A stretch of 32,000 nt of DNA from Desulfocapsa sulfexigens DSM 10523 (GTDB lineage: Bacteria > Desulfobacterota > Desulfobulbia > Desulfobulbales > Desulfocapsaceae): NCBI RefSeq assembly GCF_000341395.1, contig NC_020304.1:990001-1022000 (forward strand). Direction: 5' to 3'. This document shows positions 7,781 to 15,625 of the stretch, in pieces (within the stretch, counting starts at the first letter, position 1; each line of letters starts with the position of its first letter). The translations under genes and the position numbers were made by a program. A model generated the notes under the pieces. That model ran no database searches and was not told the DNA's origin. It saw only the letters and a program-made list of their open reading frames with translations.

Positions 7781-8998
7781 TCAGATAATCGTATAACCTG
7801 CCTCCGAAAGGGCAGCAACTATCTGTTCTACATGTGCACGGCCATTGGTTTCAACAGTTACATCAAGACGCACACTTTTAAAACGTGATGGATTATGGAA
7901 TTGATCGTGGTCAAGTTTGACAACATTTGCATTATGTAAGGCAAGAATACTCGCGATCTTCAGCAACTCTCCAGGTTTATGCAGAAGTTCCACGGCAAAG
8001 CTAAACAACCTGCCACGAGACACAAGGCCACGATGGATCATCTCTGACATTGTGAGTACATCGATGTTGCCACCGCTCACAAGGCAGACCGCCTTCTTCC
8101 CTTTTACATCATAATGGGCAAGCCCTGCCACGCTCAGTGCTCCGGCATTTTCTGCAACAAGCTTCTGCCGCTCCATCAAAATAAGAAGTGCCTGCATAAT
8201 TGCGGTATCCGGTACTGTCACCATACCGTCGACTGTGTCCTGGATAATTTCAAGACAGAGATCTCCAGAGCTTTTCACTGCCACGCCATCGGCAATGGTA
8301 TCCACAAAATCGAGTTCAACCAGCGATCCCACACGTTGCGACTCTGTAATTCCGGCAGCACCATCAGGTTCCACACCAATCACCTGTACCGAAGGATTAA
8401 CCGCTTTAATTGCCGCAGCAACCCCTGCAAGTAAGCCACCACCACCAACGGGAACAAAAACCAGATCGGCATCGCTGCATTCATCAAGAATCTCAAGACC
8501 AATGGTCCCCTGCCCGATAATCACCTCAAGATCATTAAAAGGATGAACAAAGACAGAACCATGCTCTTTTTCGAGGCGACGGGCTTCAGCATACGCCTCA
8601 TCATAACTGTCACCATGAAGAATAACCACGGCGCCGAGTTTCTGTGTGGCCTCTACCTTTATTAACGGAGTCGTCTCCGGCATTACAATCGTCGCACGGG
8701 CACAACACTGTGAATCCATGCTACAAAAGAGCTGTGCCGCAAGGGCTACCCCCTGAGCATGATTTCCAGCAGAGGCTGTGACAATGCCATGCTTTCGCTG
8801 TTCCGGTGAGAGGCCGGCAATACGATTAAAAGCCCCGCGAATTTTAAAAGAACCGGTACGTTGCAGGTTTTCCGGCTTGATATAAATGTCGGCTTTATAC
8901 TCTTCACTCAAAAACTCACTATAAATAAGCGAGGTTGGTTTGATTATTATTTTCAGCCGTTCTCTGGCTTCCTGAAACTGTTTTAAAGGGATTGACAT
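7781..8998 (-). CDS. ilvA: threonine ammonia-lyase (threonine dehydratase) with a C-terminal ACT-like domain
   Basis: PLP-lysine motif ENLQRTGSFKIRGA, the glycine loop VPVGGGGL, and an ACT-like C-terminus. The ORF extends to a TTG at 9028. ATG 8998 (MSIPLKQFQEARERL...) fits family N-termini better. Confidence 0.92.
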   Translation of the reverse strand: MSIPLKQFQEARERLKIIIKPTSLIYSEFLSEEYKADIYIKPENLQRTGSFKIRGAFNRIAGLSPEQRKHGIVTASAGNHAQGVALAAQLFCSMDSQCCARATIVMPETTPLIKVEATQKLGAVVILHGDSYDEAYAEARRLEKEHGSVFVHPFNDLEVIIGQGTIGLEILDECSDADLVFVPVGGGGLLAGVAAAIKAVNPSVQVIGVEPDGAAGITESQRVGSLVELDFVDTIADGVAVKSSGDLCLEIIQDTVDGMVTVPDTAIMQALLILMERQKLVAENAGALSVAGLAHYDVKGKKAVCLVSGGNIDVLTMSEMIHRGLVSRGRLFSFAVELLHKPGELLKIASILALHNANVVKLDHDQFHNPSRFKSVRLDVTVETNGRAHVEQIVAALSEAGYTII

Positions 8999-9086
8999 AG
9001 ATTTTTTTGTATAAAAAGATTCCCGCAAAGATAATCAAATGGTGTATTGACCCTATAGTTAATGACATTACAACAACTAGTACCTT

Positions 9087-9478
9087 TTGGACAATAAACC
9101 TATTTTCTTATTACTCACAATAATAGGACCCACAGGGTCAGCTCAAACAAAAAAACAACTACTTACAAATACCGGTGGGGAAATCATTTTTGAAAAAATA
9201 CAAGCTAACGATTCGACATTTCAGTACAATCCTAATGGATTGGAAATTATCATAACCGATCAAACCATGCCAGGCATGAGTGGTTCTGACCTTTCCAGAT
9301 GAATACTTCAGCTAAGACCTGATATCCGATATTTCCTGTAGTGGTCACGGTAAGCTGATTGACGAGGATTCGGTAAGAGGATTGGGATATAAATGATATC
9401 TTTTGATTATAAGAAAAGTGGAAACCATAGATCATACATCCGGTTTCCACAAGTGTACACTTAGTTTCCGGACATAAA
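9087..9478 (+). pseudogene. decayed stand-alone receiver (response-regulator) gene with nonsense codons and frameshifts
   Basis: The reading is ...LEIIITDQTMPGMSGSDLSR, then an in-frame TGA (9300-9302), then ILQLRPDI. A 1-nt loss near 9326 follows, then PIFPVVVTVS, a second shift near 9355, then LIDEDSVRGLGYK, an in-frame TGA (9394-9396), then YLLIIRKVETIDH. This follows the canonical receiver order (DxxxMPxMxG, RPDIPII, G..DYL). The N-terminal DD pocket is replaced (PIFLLLT). Confidence 0.7.
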
Positions 9479-9652
9479 CATATGACTGGGAAGCAGAGGG
9501 GTGATATCTCCGTTTAATTTTATATATTTTTTATTATCTTTTCCTGTATAAGCTTCAACCAACCGCCTCATAATTGGAAGCCCATCTCCAATTGCAGCCA
9601 GGACAAATCCCTTTCCTGCCGGGCGCAGATGTGTTTTCTCGATATCTATCAT
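9461..9652 (-). CDS. hypothetical small protein (63 aa), unassigned
   Basis: ATG start preceded by GAGAGAG about 5 nt upstream. No family recognised. Its 3' end overlaps the tail of the receiver relic. Could be spurious. Confidence 0.3.
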   Translation of the reverse strand: MIDIEKTHLRPAGKGFVLAAIGDGLPIMRRLVEAYTGKDNKKYIKLNGDITPLLPSHMFMSGN

Positions 9653-10028
9653 CTTACTCTCTCAAAGAAAAATACGGTTCAACGAACCTGACAGTCAAAA
9701 GCATCAGGCCAACTTCATACAATTATGTCTTACAAAACACTTGCAATTTGAGTGCCGCTTGCCTCCAAAGTACCAAGCAAAAGTGTTTTTGCTACATTTT
9801 CAAATTGTAATTAAGTATCCATACAGTTAAAACAACGACTCAATATTCGGCCATAACCGTGTGTTTTTTTTAAGACAGCTCCTGTCGCTATGATCGTCAT
9901 TTACCTACAAAGAACTTGCAGCTGTAATCTTGTTGAATTTTAAAGATTTCATGGTAACATTCTTATTATATTGATATCTTCAGAAAACGTTCCCAACTAC
10001 CATTGGTATTTGTATACGGAAGCCCCTA

Positions 10029-10922
10029 ATGCGAATAAAAACAGAAATTTTTCAGTCCATTTTTATAATTACCTGTGAAGGATCCAGTCTGGATTCTTCG
10101 CTTGCACAGGAATTTTTAGCTGCAATGAACGGGTTTCTGGTCAAGAGCAAACTGGATATTCTACTGGATCTGTCGCTTGTGAATTTTGTTGACAGCACCG
10201 GACTTGGATCCGTCGTGCGCGCCCTCAAGCAAATCGATGGGGTTGGTAAACTGGTATTATGCGGAGTTGATGAACGTATATTCGAGTTACTCAGAATGAC
10301 CCGAATGGACAAACAAATTATTCAACAGGCAAATCGAGGGACAGCCCTGAGCTATCTTTTCTGGGAAAGAAAGAAAACGGAGCCTGTTCCGGTCACCCGC
10401 CCGCCGGCACCTCAGACAGTCAAAGCTCAAAAAATGGAAAAGGTGGTTGTGGAGAAGTATCATGCACAACCCATGTTATGGGAGGTGGACGAAGCGGACT
10501 TTGAAGAGATTGTGGATGAGGAGTACGAGGCAGAAGGCAGCATACCCATCGTAAATCCAGCACAAGAGCAGGAACGACGAAAATACCGACGAATCAACCA
10601 TAGGCAAATCATGACCGATGATTTTATCATCTACTGTAAAAACACCACAACGGGAAAACACCACCCGGCAGTTGTGCTGAATATCTCGCCCGGCGGCCTC
10701 CTTATGACATCGCGAGCCCGGCTTGCCATTGGCGACGAATTACTTCTGGAAGGCCGTATCGGAAAAAACTTTAAATTTAAAGAACGCGCCGTTTCCCGCG
10801 CATCCAGGGAGCAAAAATACGGACTCGAATTTATTGATCTTTCCCCGGAGACTGCTCATTTTCTTAACCGACTCACTGGCTCCATCGATATCACAAAATC
10901 CAACAAATTCCTCCAGATTTGA
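10029..10922 (+). CDS. STAS (anti-sigma-factor antagonist-like) domain fused to a PilZ c-di-GMP-binding domain
   Basis: N-terminus has LDLSLVNFVDSTGLGSVVRALK...LVLCGVDERIFELLRMTRMD (STAS/SpoIIAA-like, Thr57 at the phospho-site position). An acidic linker follows. C-terminus has RRKYRR (RxxxR, aa 183-188) and NISPGG (D/NxSxxG, aa 218-223), the two PilZ signature motifs. Confidence 0.85.
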   Translation: MRIKTEIFQSIFIITCEGSSLDSSLAQEFLAAMNGFLVKSKLDILLDLSLVNFVDSTGLGSVVRALKQIDGVGKLVLCGVDERIFELLRMTRMDKQIIQQANRGTALSYLFWERKKTEPVPVTRPPAPQTVKAQKMEKVVVEKYHAQPMLWEVDEADFEEIVDEEYEAEGSIPIVNPAQEQERRKYRRINHRQIMTDDFIIYCKNTTTGKHHPAVVLNISPGGLLMTSRARLAIGDELLLEGRIGKNFKFKERAVSRASREQKYGLEFIDLSPETAHFLNRLTGSIDITKSNKFLQI

Positions 10923-10955
10923 TCAGAGTAACCCTCCACCAGGGTGGATTCACGA

Positions 10956-11672
10956 TTATCCTGAAATATTCTTCTGGATATCGAGCTGCATTTCCTCCAG
11001 TACTTTAAGCGGATCGGCAGCCTTGGTGATCGGCCGCCCCACAACCACATGATCGGCACCCGTTGCAATGGCCCGACCGGCAGTGATAATACGTTTCTGA
11101 TCATCGGAGCCATCGCTCACATTCGCCCCTGGTCTGATACCGGGAGTGACAATCAACAACTTATCACCAAGATCCCTGCGTAAACGTTCGGCCTCAAGGC
11201 CCGAAGAAACAACGCCATCACATCCAAGTTCCAGAGCCCGCCGGGCACGGAAAAGGACGAGATCCTCAACGGACTGGGTCATCCCCATGGCCCGCAGATC
11301 CTCTTCGCCAAAGCTTGTCAGCACCGTCACTGCAAGCAGCTGCAGATCACCCCGCGCCTCCATTGCAGCCCTGATAATTGCATCGTTGCCATGGATAGTC
11401 GCAAGGGACACCCCTCTGTTGTTGAGCTGTTCAACGGCAAGTTTTACTGTTTCTGGAATATCGAAAAATTTCAGGTCAAGCATCACCTTATGGCCACGAT
11501 CAATGATCCAGTCCACCACCTCAAAATAAGAGGCCATAAAGAGCTGAAGTCCAACCTTAAAATAACGGGTACGGGACTCACAACGCCTCACCATCTCTTG
11601 TGCAAGCTCGGGATTGTCAACATCCAGAGCAACGATGATTCTGTCCTGCAGTTCTATCTGTTTAGTCATCAC
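10956..11672 (-). CDS. pyrF: orotidine 5'-phosphate decarboxylase
   Basis: IIVALDV...FKVGLQLF...VMLDLKFFDIPETV...TPGIRP... are canonical PyrF blocks. 238 aa. Confidence 0.95.
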   Translation of the reverse strand: MMTKQIELQDRIIVALDVDNPELAQEMVRRCESRTRYFKVGLQLFMASYFEVVDWIIDRGHKVMLDLKFFDIPETVKLAVEQLNNRGVSLATIHGNDAIIRAAMEARGDLQLLAVTVLTSFGEEDLRAMGMTQSVEDLVLFRARRALELGCDGVVSSGLEAERLRRDLGDKLLIVTPGIRPGANVSDGSDDQKRIITAGRAIATGADHVVVGRPITKAADPLKVLEEMQLDIQKNISG

Positions 11673-11724
11673 TGGTCTCCTCTACAATTCGTCTTATTTT
11701 AGTACACACTGCTCTGCCACCTGT

Positions 11725-12540
11725 TCAGCCAACAGCTCCCTGGACAATTTCGGAATCAAAATAATTTACAGACATACCGGCGTCAACCACCACGGTCTGA
11801 GCGGTAATTCCGGAGGAACGAGGAGACAGAAGAAAGGCAGCAAGATCTGCGGCCTCACGGGTTTTGAGAGCTTTTTTCCGTAAAATTGCTTTCTCAGCAT
11901 AGAGGTAACTGTCAACATAACCGGGGATCCCCGCTGATGCTGAGGTCTTCAACAAACTTGGTGCCACTGCATTAAAACGCACATCTGAAAACGAGGAAAA
12001 TGATTTTGCCAGAAAACAGACGGAAGAGTTCAGAGCCGCCTTGATGGGGGCCATGTAACCATAATTTTCAGCAGCCATACTGGTGGTGGAGATGGAAATA
12101 GTTACCACAGATGCCTCCTTGGTAAACAGCTCACGGAAGTGATTACAGATGGAAATAAAAGAAAAACAGGAGACATCAAAGGCCTGAAGAAAATCCTTTT
12201 TCAGGGTACCATGAAATGGCGTTAATCCTTCTGAATAGTTTGCATAGGCTATGGAATGAACCAGACCGTCAATACGCCCACCTTCTCCTTCATTTACTGC
12301 CACACCTATCTCTTTCCGAACCCGAATAATATTTGCCTCATCCTCTACGTCACAGAGAAATACGGGAGAATCAGGAAAGAGTTTTCTGGCGGCTTCCGCC
12401 CGCTGCTCGGAGCGCACCACATGAATAACCCTGCCGCCTTCCTCCACGAGCACTTTGGCAATGGCAGCGGCCACTGATTTTTTATTGGCAAGGCCAAAAA
12501 CCACAAATGTCTTCCCTTCTATCTGTAAAAAACCCATCAT
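11725..12540 (-). CDS. fabI: enoyl-ACP reductase FabI-like SDR
   Basis: [28 protein letters not shown] (the FabI-type glycine-rich N-terminus with a non-classical Rossmann motif) and the Y-x6-K block [11 protein letters not shown]. 271 aa. Confidence 0.8.
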   Translation of the reverse strand: MMGFLQIEGKTFVVFGLANKKSVAAAIAKVLVEEGGRVIHVVRSEQRAEAARKLFPDSPVFLCDVEDEANIIRVRKEIGVAVNEGEGGRIDGLVHSIAYANYSEGLTPFHGTLKKDFLQAFDVSCFSFISICNHFRELFTKEASVVTISISTTSMAAENYGYMAPIKAALNSSVCFLAKSFSSFSDVRFNAVAPSLLKTSASAGIPGYVDSYLYAEKAILRKKALKTREAADLAAFLLSPRSSGITAQTVVVDAGMSVNYFDSEIVQGAVG

Positions 12541-12542
12541 TC

Positions 12543-12575
12543 CCTCTTTATCTTTTGATTTCCTCTTTATCTTTT
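12543..12575. repeat. 14-nt perfect direct repeat (CCTCTTTATCTTTT x2, offset 19 nt) covering the Shine-Dalgarno region of the fabI-like gene
   Basis: Copies at 12543-12556 and 12562-12575. On the coding (minus) strand each reads AAAAGATAAAGAGG. The proximal copy supplies the GAGG just upstream of ATGATG (12535-12540). Confidence 0.8.
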
Positions 12576-12687
12576 ATATTCAAGAATCGTAATTTCGGAA
12601 GAATACACCAGGACATTATCTGAGAATAACCTTTTTTCATTGCGATCGAAAGGAAAGATGCTGAACACAAAAAAAGAAGCGGACAGA

Positions 12688-13965
12688 CTATGATTTAATT
12701 CCCCGTAGCGCCCACCATCCACAGAAGAGAAATAATTCCACAATTCCAAGCAGCCCGTAATAGCCAAGATTTTCACCCAGCCGGTTCAGCGGATCCAGTA
12801 CCAGACCTCCTGAGGCTGATGCCAGGAATTGAGAGAGAAAAGTAGACATTGTCACCAAAGCCATATAGCGGCCAGACATACCTGTGTTTGCTGCCAGCTT
12901 GACACTCAAAGAGGTTCCGGCGACCATAATCGCCCCAAAACATGCTCCGAAAATGGCCATACAGACCATTACCAGCGGACTGCCTGCACTCAACATAAAA
13001 AGAAAAACCGGAGCAACCACTGCAAGGACGCCGCCGGCCCGTAACAGCAAAGCAACCTCACCAACCTTTCGTACCACAGGTTCGATGAAGCAGGAGGAGA
13101 GCAGTCCACCAAGCAACAGACAGATCATCAGCTCTGCACTTGTACGCTTGACATCTTCCACCATCATCAAATCATCAACCATAAAAACAAGAAAAAGCGG
13201 TACCATAAGGATACCGGCAAGGAAGCAACTACGGGCCATGAGAAATTTTTTAAAATCAACTGTCAGGGCCAGGGGTGATATCAGAGGAAGTTTCTCTTTC
13301 CCTATTTGGCCGTTATCTTTTGTTACCAGGAGAAAAGAGAGCAGTGCCATGGAGGTGAAGACAAATGCAACTCCTGCAACAGGAAGAAAAGCGTATGAAA
13401 GAGTAAGTGGGAGTGACAGGGGGAAGAATCCGAAGGCAGCGGCACCCATTATGGAACCAAGAAAATGCATAAAAACCAGGGATGCGGTAAATTTCTCACG
13501 GGGACGGAATCTCTCGTCATCTGTCAGGAGGGTTAACAGGGCAGCATCGGTAACAACCCGTGACAGAAAGACAGCTATCATTGCTGTTGCCACCACTCCA
13601 TATCCTTGTACGAAAGCTATCATTGCCAGGGGAGGTAATGCCAGAGAAACGGTTGTGACCACAAACCATCGATGCCTACGACCATCAGCTCTACGATCGA
13701 CAAAAGATCCGGCATACCAGAGCAGAAACAGACTGATAAAAGCTGCAGAGCAGTTAATAAAAGCAAGATGGAATCCTTTACTCTCAGGACCGGTAATCTG
13801 CACAACCAGAAGGGGAAGAGTGAGGACGAACAGACCAGTATGGGAAAAGGTTCCCGCCATTCTGGGCATGGCGAATAAGAAGGGAGGCAGCCAGCCGTTT
13901 CCAGTACTCGACACTTTCTTTCTCAAGACAGCCCGGTAAAAGTGATATAAAAATAGAAGACACAA
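12688..13965 (-). CDS. MFS transporter
   Basis: Roughly twelve hydrophobic segments and an FVDRR-type loop after TM2 (GSFVDRRADGRR). The start is uncertain. TTG 13965 overlaps the upstream gene by 43 nt. TTG 13926 would give a TTGA overlap with the upstream stop. ATG 13869 would remove part of TM1. Confidence 0.8.
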   Translation of the reverse strand: MCLLFLYHFYRAVLRKKVSSTGNGWLPPFLFAMPRMAGTFSHTGLFVLTLPLLVVQITGPESKGFHLAFINCSAAFISLFLLWYAGSFVDRRADGRRHRWFVVTTVSLALPPLAMIAFVQGYGVVATAMIAVFLSRVVTDAALLTLLTDDERFRPREKFTASLVFMHFLGSIMGAAAFGFFPLSLPLTLSYAFLPVAGVAFVFTSMALLSFLLVTKDNGQIGKEKLPLISPLALTVDFKKFLMARSCFLAGILMVPLFLVFMVDDLMMVEDVKRTSAELMICLLLGGLLSSCFIEPVVRKVGEVALLLRAGGVLAVVAPVFLFMLSAGSPLVMVCMAIFGACFGAIMVAGTSLSVKLAANTGMSGRYMALVTMSTFLSQFLASASGGLVLDPLNRLGENLGYYGLLGIVELFLFCGWWALRGIKS

Positions 13966-14816
13966 CCCGCTGCCAGAAGAGAATCCAAGCGATCCAGAAC
14001 ACCACCCATTGTCATCAGGACCCTGCTGAAATCTTTCACATTGTTTCGCCTCTTGATCCAGGAGGCAAACAGATCACCGGCAGAACCTGCAACTGCCAGT
14101 AACAGTGACGCCGTAAAAATTTGCGAGGTGCCGAAGTGGGGTAAAGCGAAACTGATCAAAAAACCGGCGACCACTCCACTTCCCATACCGCCGAGGTATC
14201 CGACCACAGACTTATTTGGGCTCAGGGTGGGAAAGGGATGGGGGCTTCTAATCATCTTGCCGAGTACTGCGGCCAGAATATCATTGACCGCCACAACGGA
14301 AAAGGCCCATAACACATAATTTGTATCAGTACCGTAGTTAAATGAGTGAATCCCAATCCAGAATGCCAGACCGGCGCCAATCGACAGTGCCATAGTCCAG
14401 ACCGGGATGCCTCTCCCCTTGAATCGTGGCAGTAATAAGGCCCAGAAAGGTACAGATAAAGCCAGCAGGATCGGCAACCAGGGAAAATCTGGTGAGAACC
14501 AGAAAGCCAGCAGCGGTATGGGAAGAGAACAAGCAAGAGCAACTAAGATCTTGTTACCATATTTACCGTCAGCAGGATCGAGACCTGCCAGTTCAAGACA
14601 ACCGCAAATACACGCCACTGCCACCAGGGCTGTAAACGCAGAAAGTCCAAGCGAAGAAAAAACAACAACAAGCGGGATCAGAATGATCCACACCAGCAGG
14701 TTTACTATAAAGTCGGGACACCCTTTCCGGTATTGCCACACCCCAAATGGTACCCCCAGAGCAGGAAGCAGCAACCACAGTTCGAGAGCCCCGATGGCAA
14801 TATCCTGCCTACCCAT
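13923..14816 (-). CDS. phosphatidate cytidylyltransferase (CdsA/CTP_transf_1) family protein, divergent signature
   Basis: SPNKSVVGYLGG and the C-terminal GDLFASWIKRRNNVKDFSRVLMTMGGVLDRLDS match the CdsA signature, except that the usual P-G-H before GG is M-T-M. Polytopic membrane protein. Its start overlaps the upstream stop by 1 nt (TAATG). Confidence 0.8.
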   Translation of the reverse strand: MGRQDIAIGALELWLLLPALGVPFGVWQYRKGCPDFIVNLLVWIILIPLVVVFSSLGLSAFTALVAVACICGCLELAGLDPADGKYGNKILVALACSLPIPLLAFWFSPDFPWLPILLALSVPFWALLLPRFKGRGIPVWTMALSIGAGLAFWIGIHSFNYGTDTNYVLWAFSVVAVNDILAAVLGKMIRSPHPFPTLSPNKSVVGYLGGMGSGVVAGFLISFALPHFGTSQIFTASLLLAVAGSAGDLFASWIKRRNNVKDFSRVLMTMGGVLDRLDSLLAAGCVFYFYITFTGLS

Positions 14817-15466
14817 TAGGAGTCGTTCTCATCGGAAAGCAGAACAGCCAGGCGACGAAACCGCTGACTCATACTCAGAAGAATAAACGCTGCGAGGAGC
14901 ACAAAAAAGATATTCACTAATCCAACAGGATAATTGTAAAAATACACAAGAGGTGCTGGGAAAAGCCACAGCAGAAGGGATAACACAACCAGAGCAACAA
15001 ACAATTCGGCCTTCCCCACCCCTCCGTAAAATCGTTCCCCGAAAGTTGCCTCCATCTGAGTACCCAGATAGGCATTGAGTAACGCCAGGATCAGGCAGAA
15101 TGTTCCAAGCACGTTATTGGCAGCGGGTGAATAGGTGAGCCCGAGGAGAATAGCAACATCGGCAATACGATCAAAAAAATGATCGAGAAAATCACCTTTA
15201 CGGCTGGTACGATTATACATCCGGGCAACAATGCCGTCGAGACTGTCACAGACCCCGGAGAGAGCCACAAGCACTCCACCCAGTAGATAAAAAACAGTGT
15301 CGAATCGTGCAAGGTAAAAAGAAAGCCCGGCAGCACAACCGCCCAACAGACCGAAATATGTGATGGTATTGGGATTCCAGCCAGACAGAAATCTGGCCAG
15401 AGGAGTGAATATGGTTATAAAAAAAGTACGGATAGTAATCTCCTCAAGAAAAAAAGCACCAATCAA
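14816..15466 (-). CDS. CDP-alcohol phosphatidyltransferase family protein
   Basis: Exact family motif D-G-x2-A-R-x8-G-x3-D-x3-D in DSLDGIVARMYNRTSRKGDFLDHFFDRIAD. Membrane protein of 216 aa. TTG start (no in-frame ATG near the N-terminus). Confidence 0.88.
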   Translation of the reverse strand: MIGAFFLEEITIRTFFITIFTPLARFLSGWNPNTITYFGLLGGCAAGLSFYLARFDTVFYLLGGVLVALSGVCDSLDGIVARMYNRTSRKGDFLDHFFDRIADVAILLGLTYSPAANNVLGTFCLILALLNAYLGTQMEATFGERFYGGVGKAELFVALVVLSLLLWLFPAPLVYFYNYPVGLVNIFFVLLAAFILLSMSQRFRRLAVLLSDENDS

Positions 15467-15625
15467 ACGCCGCCAATCTATACCTGTTCAGGGAATAGCA
15501 CAACACCTTTTGTAATATTTTTCCATGGTCTTTGACTCATTAATCAGCTACACTGCGTGATTCTTTTAATCTATAGCAATTACGAGGAAAAATATTCAGG
15601 GAGCCGACAAAACAGTGACGTAACA

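Noticed and set aside
10923-10955. Bidirectional terminator between the convergent STAS-PilZ and pyrF genes
   Set aside because: Only a 5-bp stem (TCCAC-CAGG-GTGGA) without flanking T/A runs; too weak to call.
12884-13939. 351-aa plus-strand ORF, the longest unassigned ORF in the track
   Set aside because: It is exactly antisense to the MFS transporter. Its Arg/Lys/Ser/Thr/Pro-rich low-complexity translation is the typical shadow of a hydrophobic membrane gene, with no start context or motifs.
14407-14886. 159-aa plus-strand ORF and other long antisense ORFs (1020-1493, 1178-1633, 11146-11529, 20640-21209, 25107-25559, 27131-27565, 29651-30118, 30667-31065)
   Set aside because: All lie inside, and antisense to or out of frame with, genes that have strong family signatures. 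Their composition is consistent with shadow ORFs.
15557-15625. GTG 15557 as the start of the RND exporter
   Set aside because: The first 23 residues (ILLIYSNYEEKYSGSRQNSDVT) look non-native. ATG 15626 gives a typical short cytoplasmic N-terminus before TM1. The evidence is weak either way.
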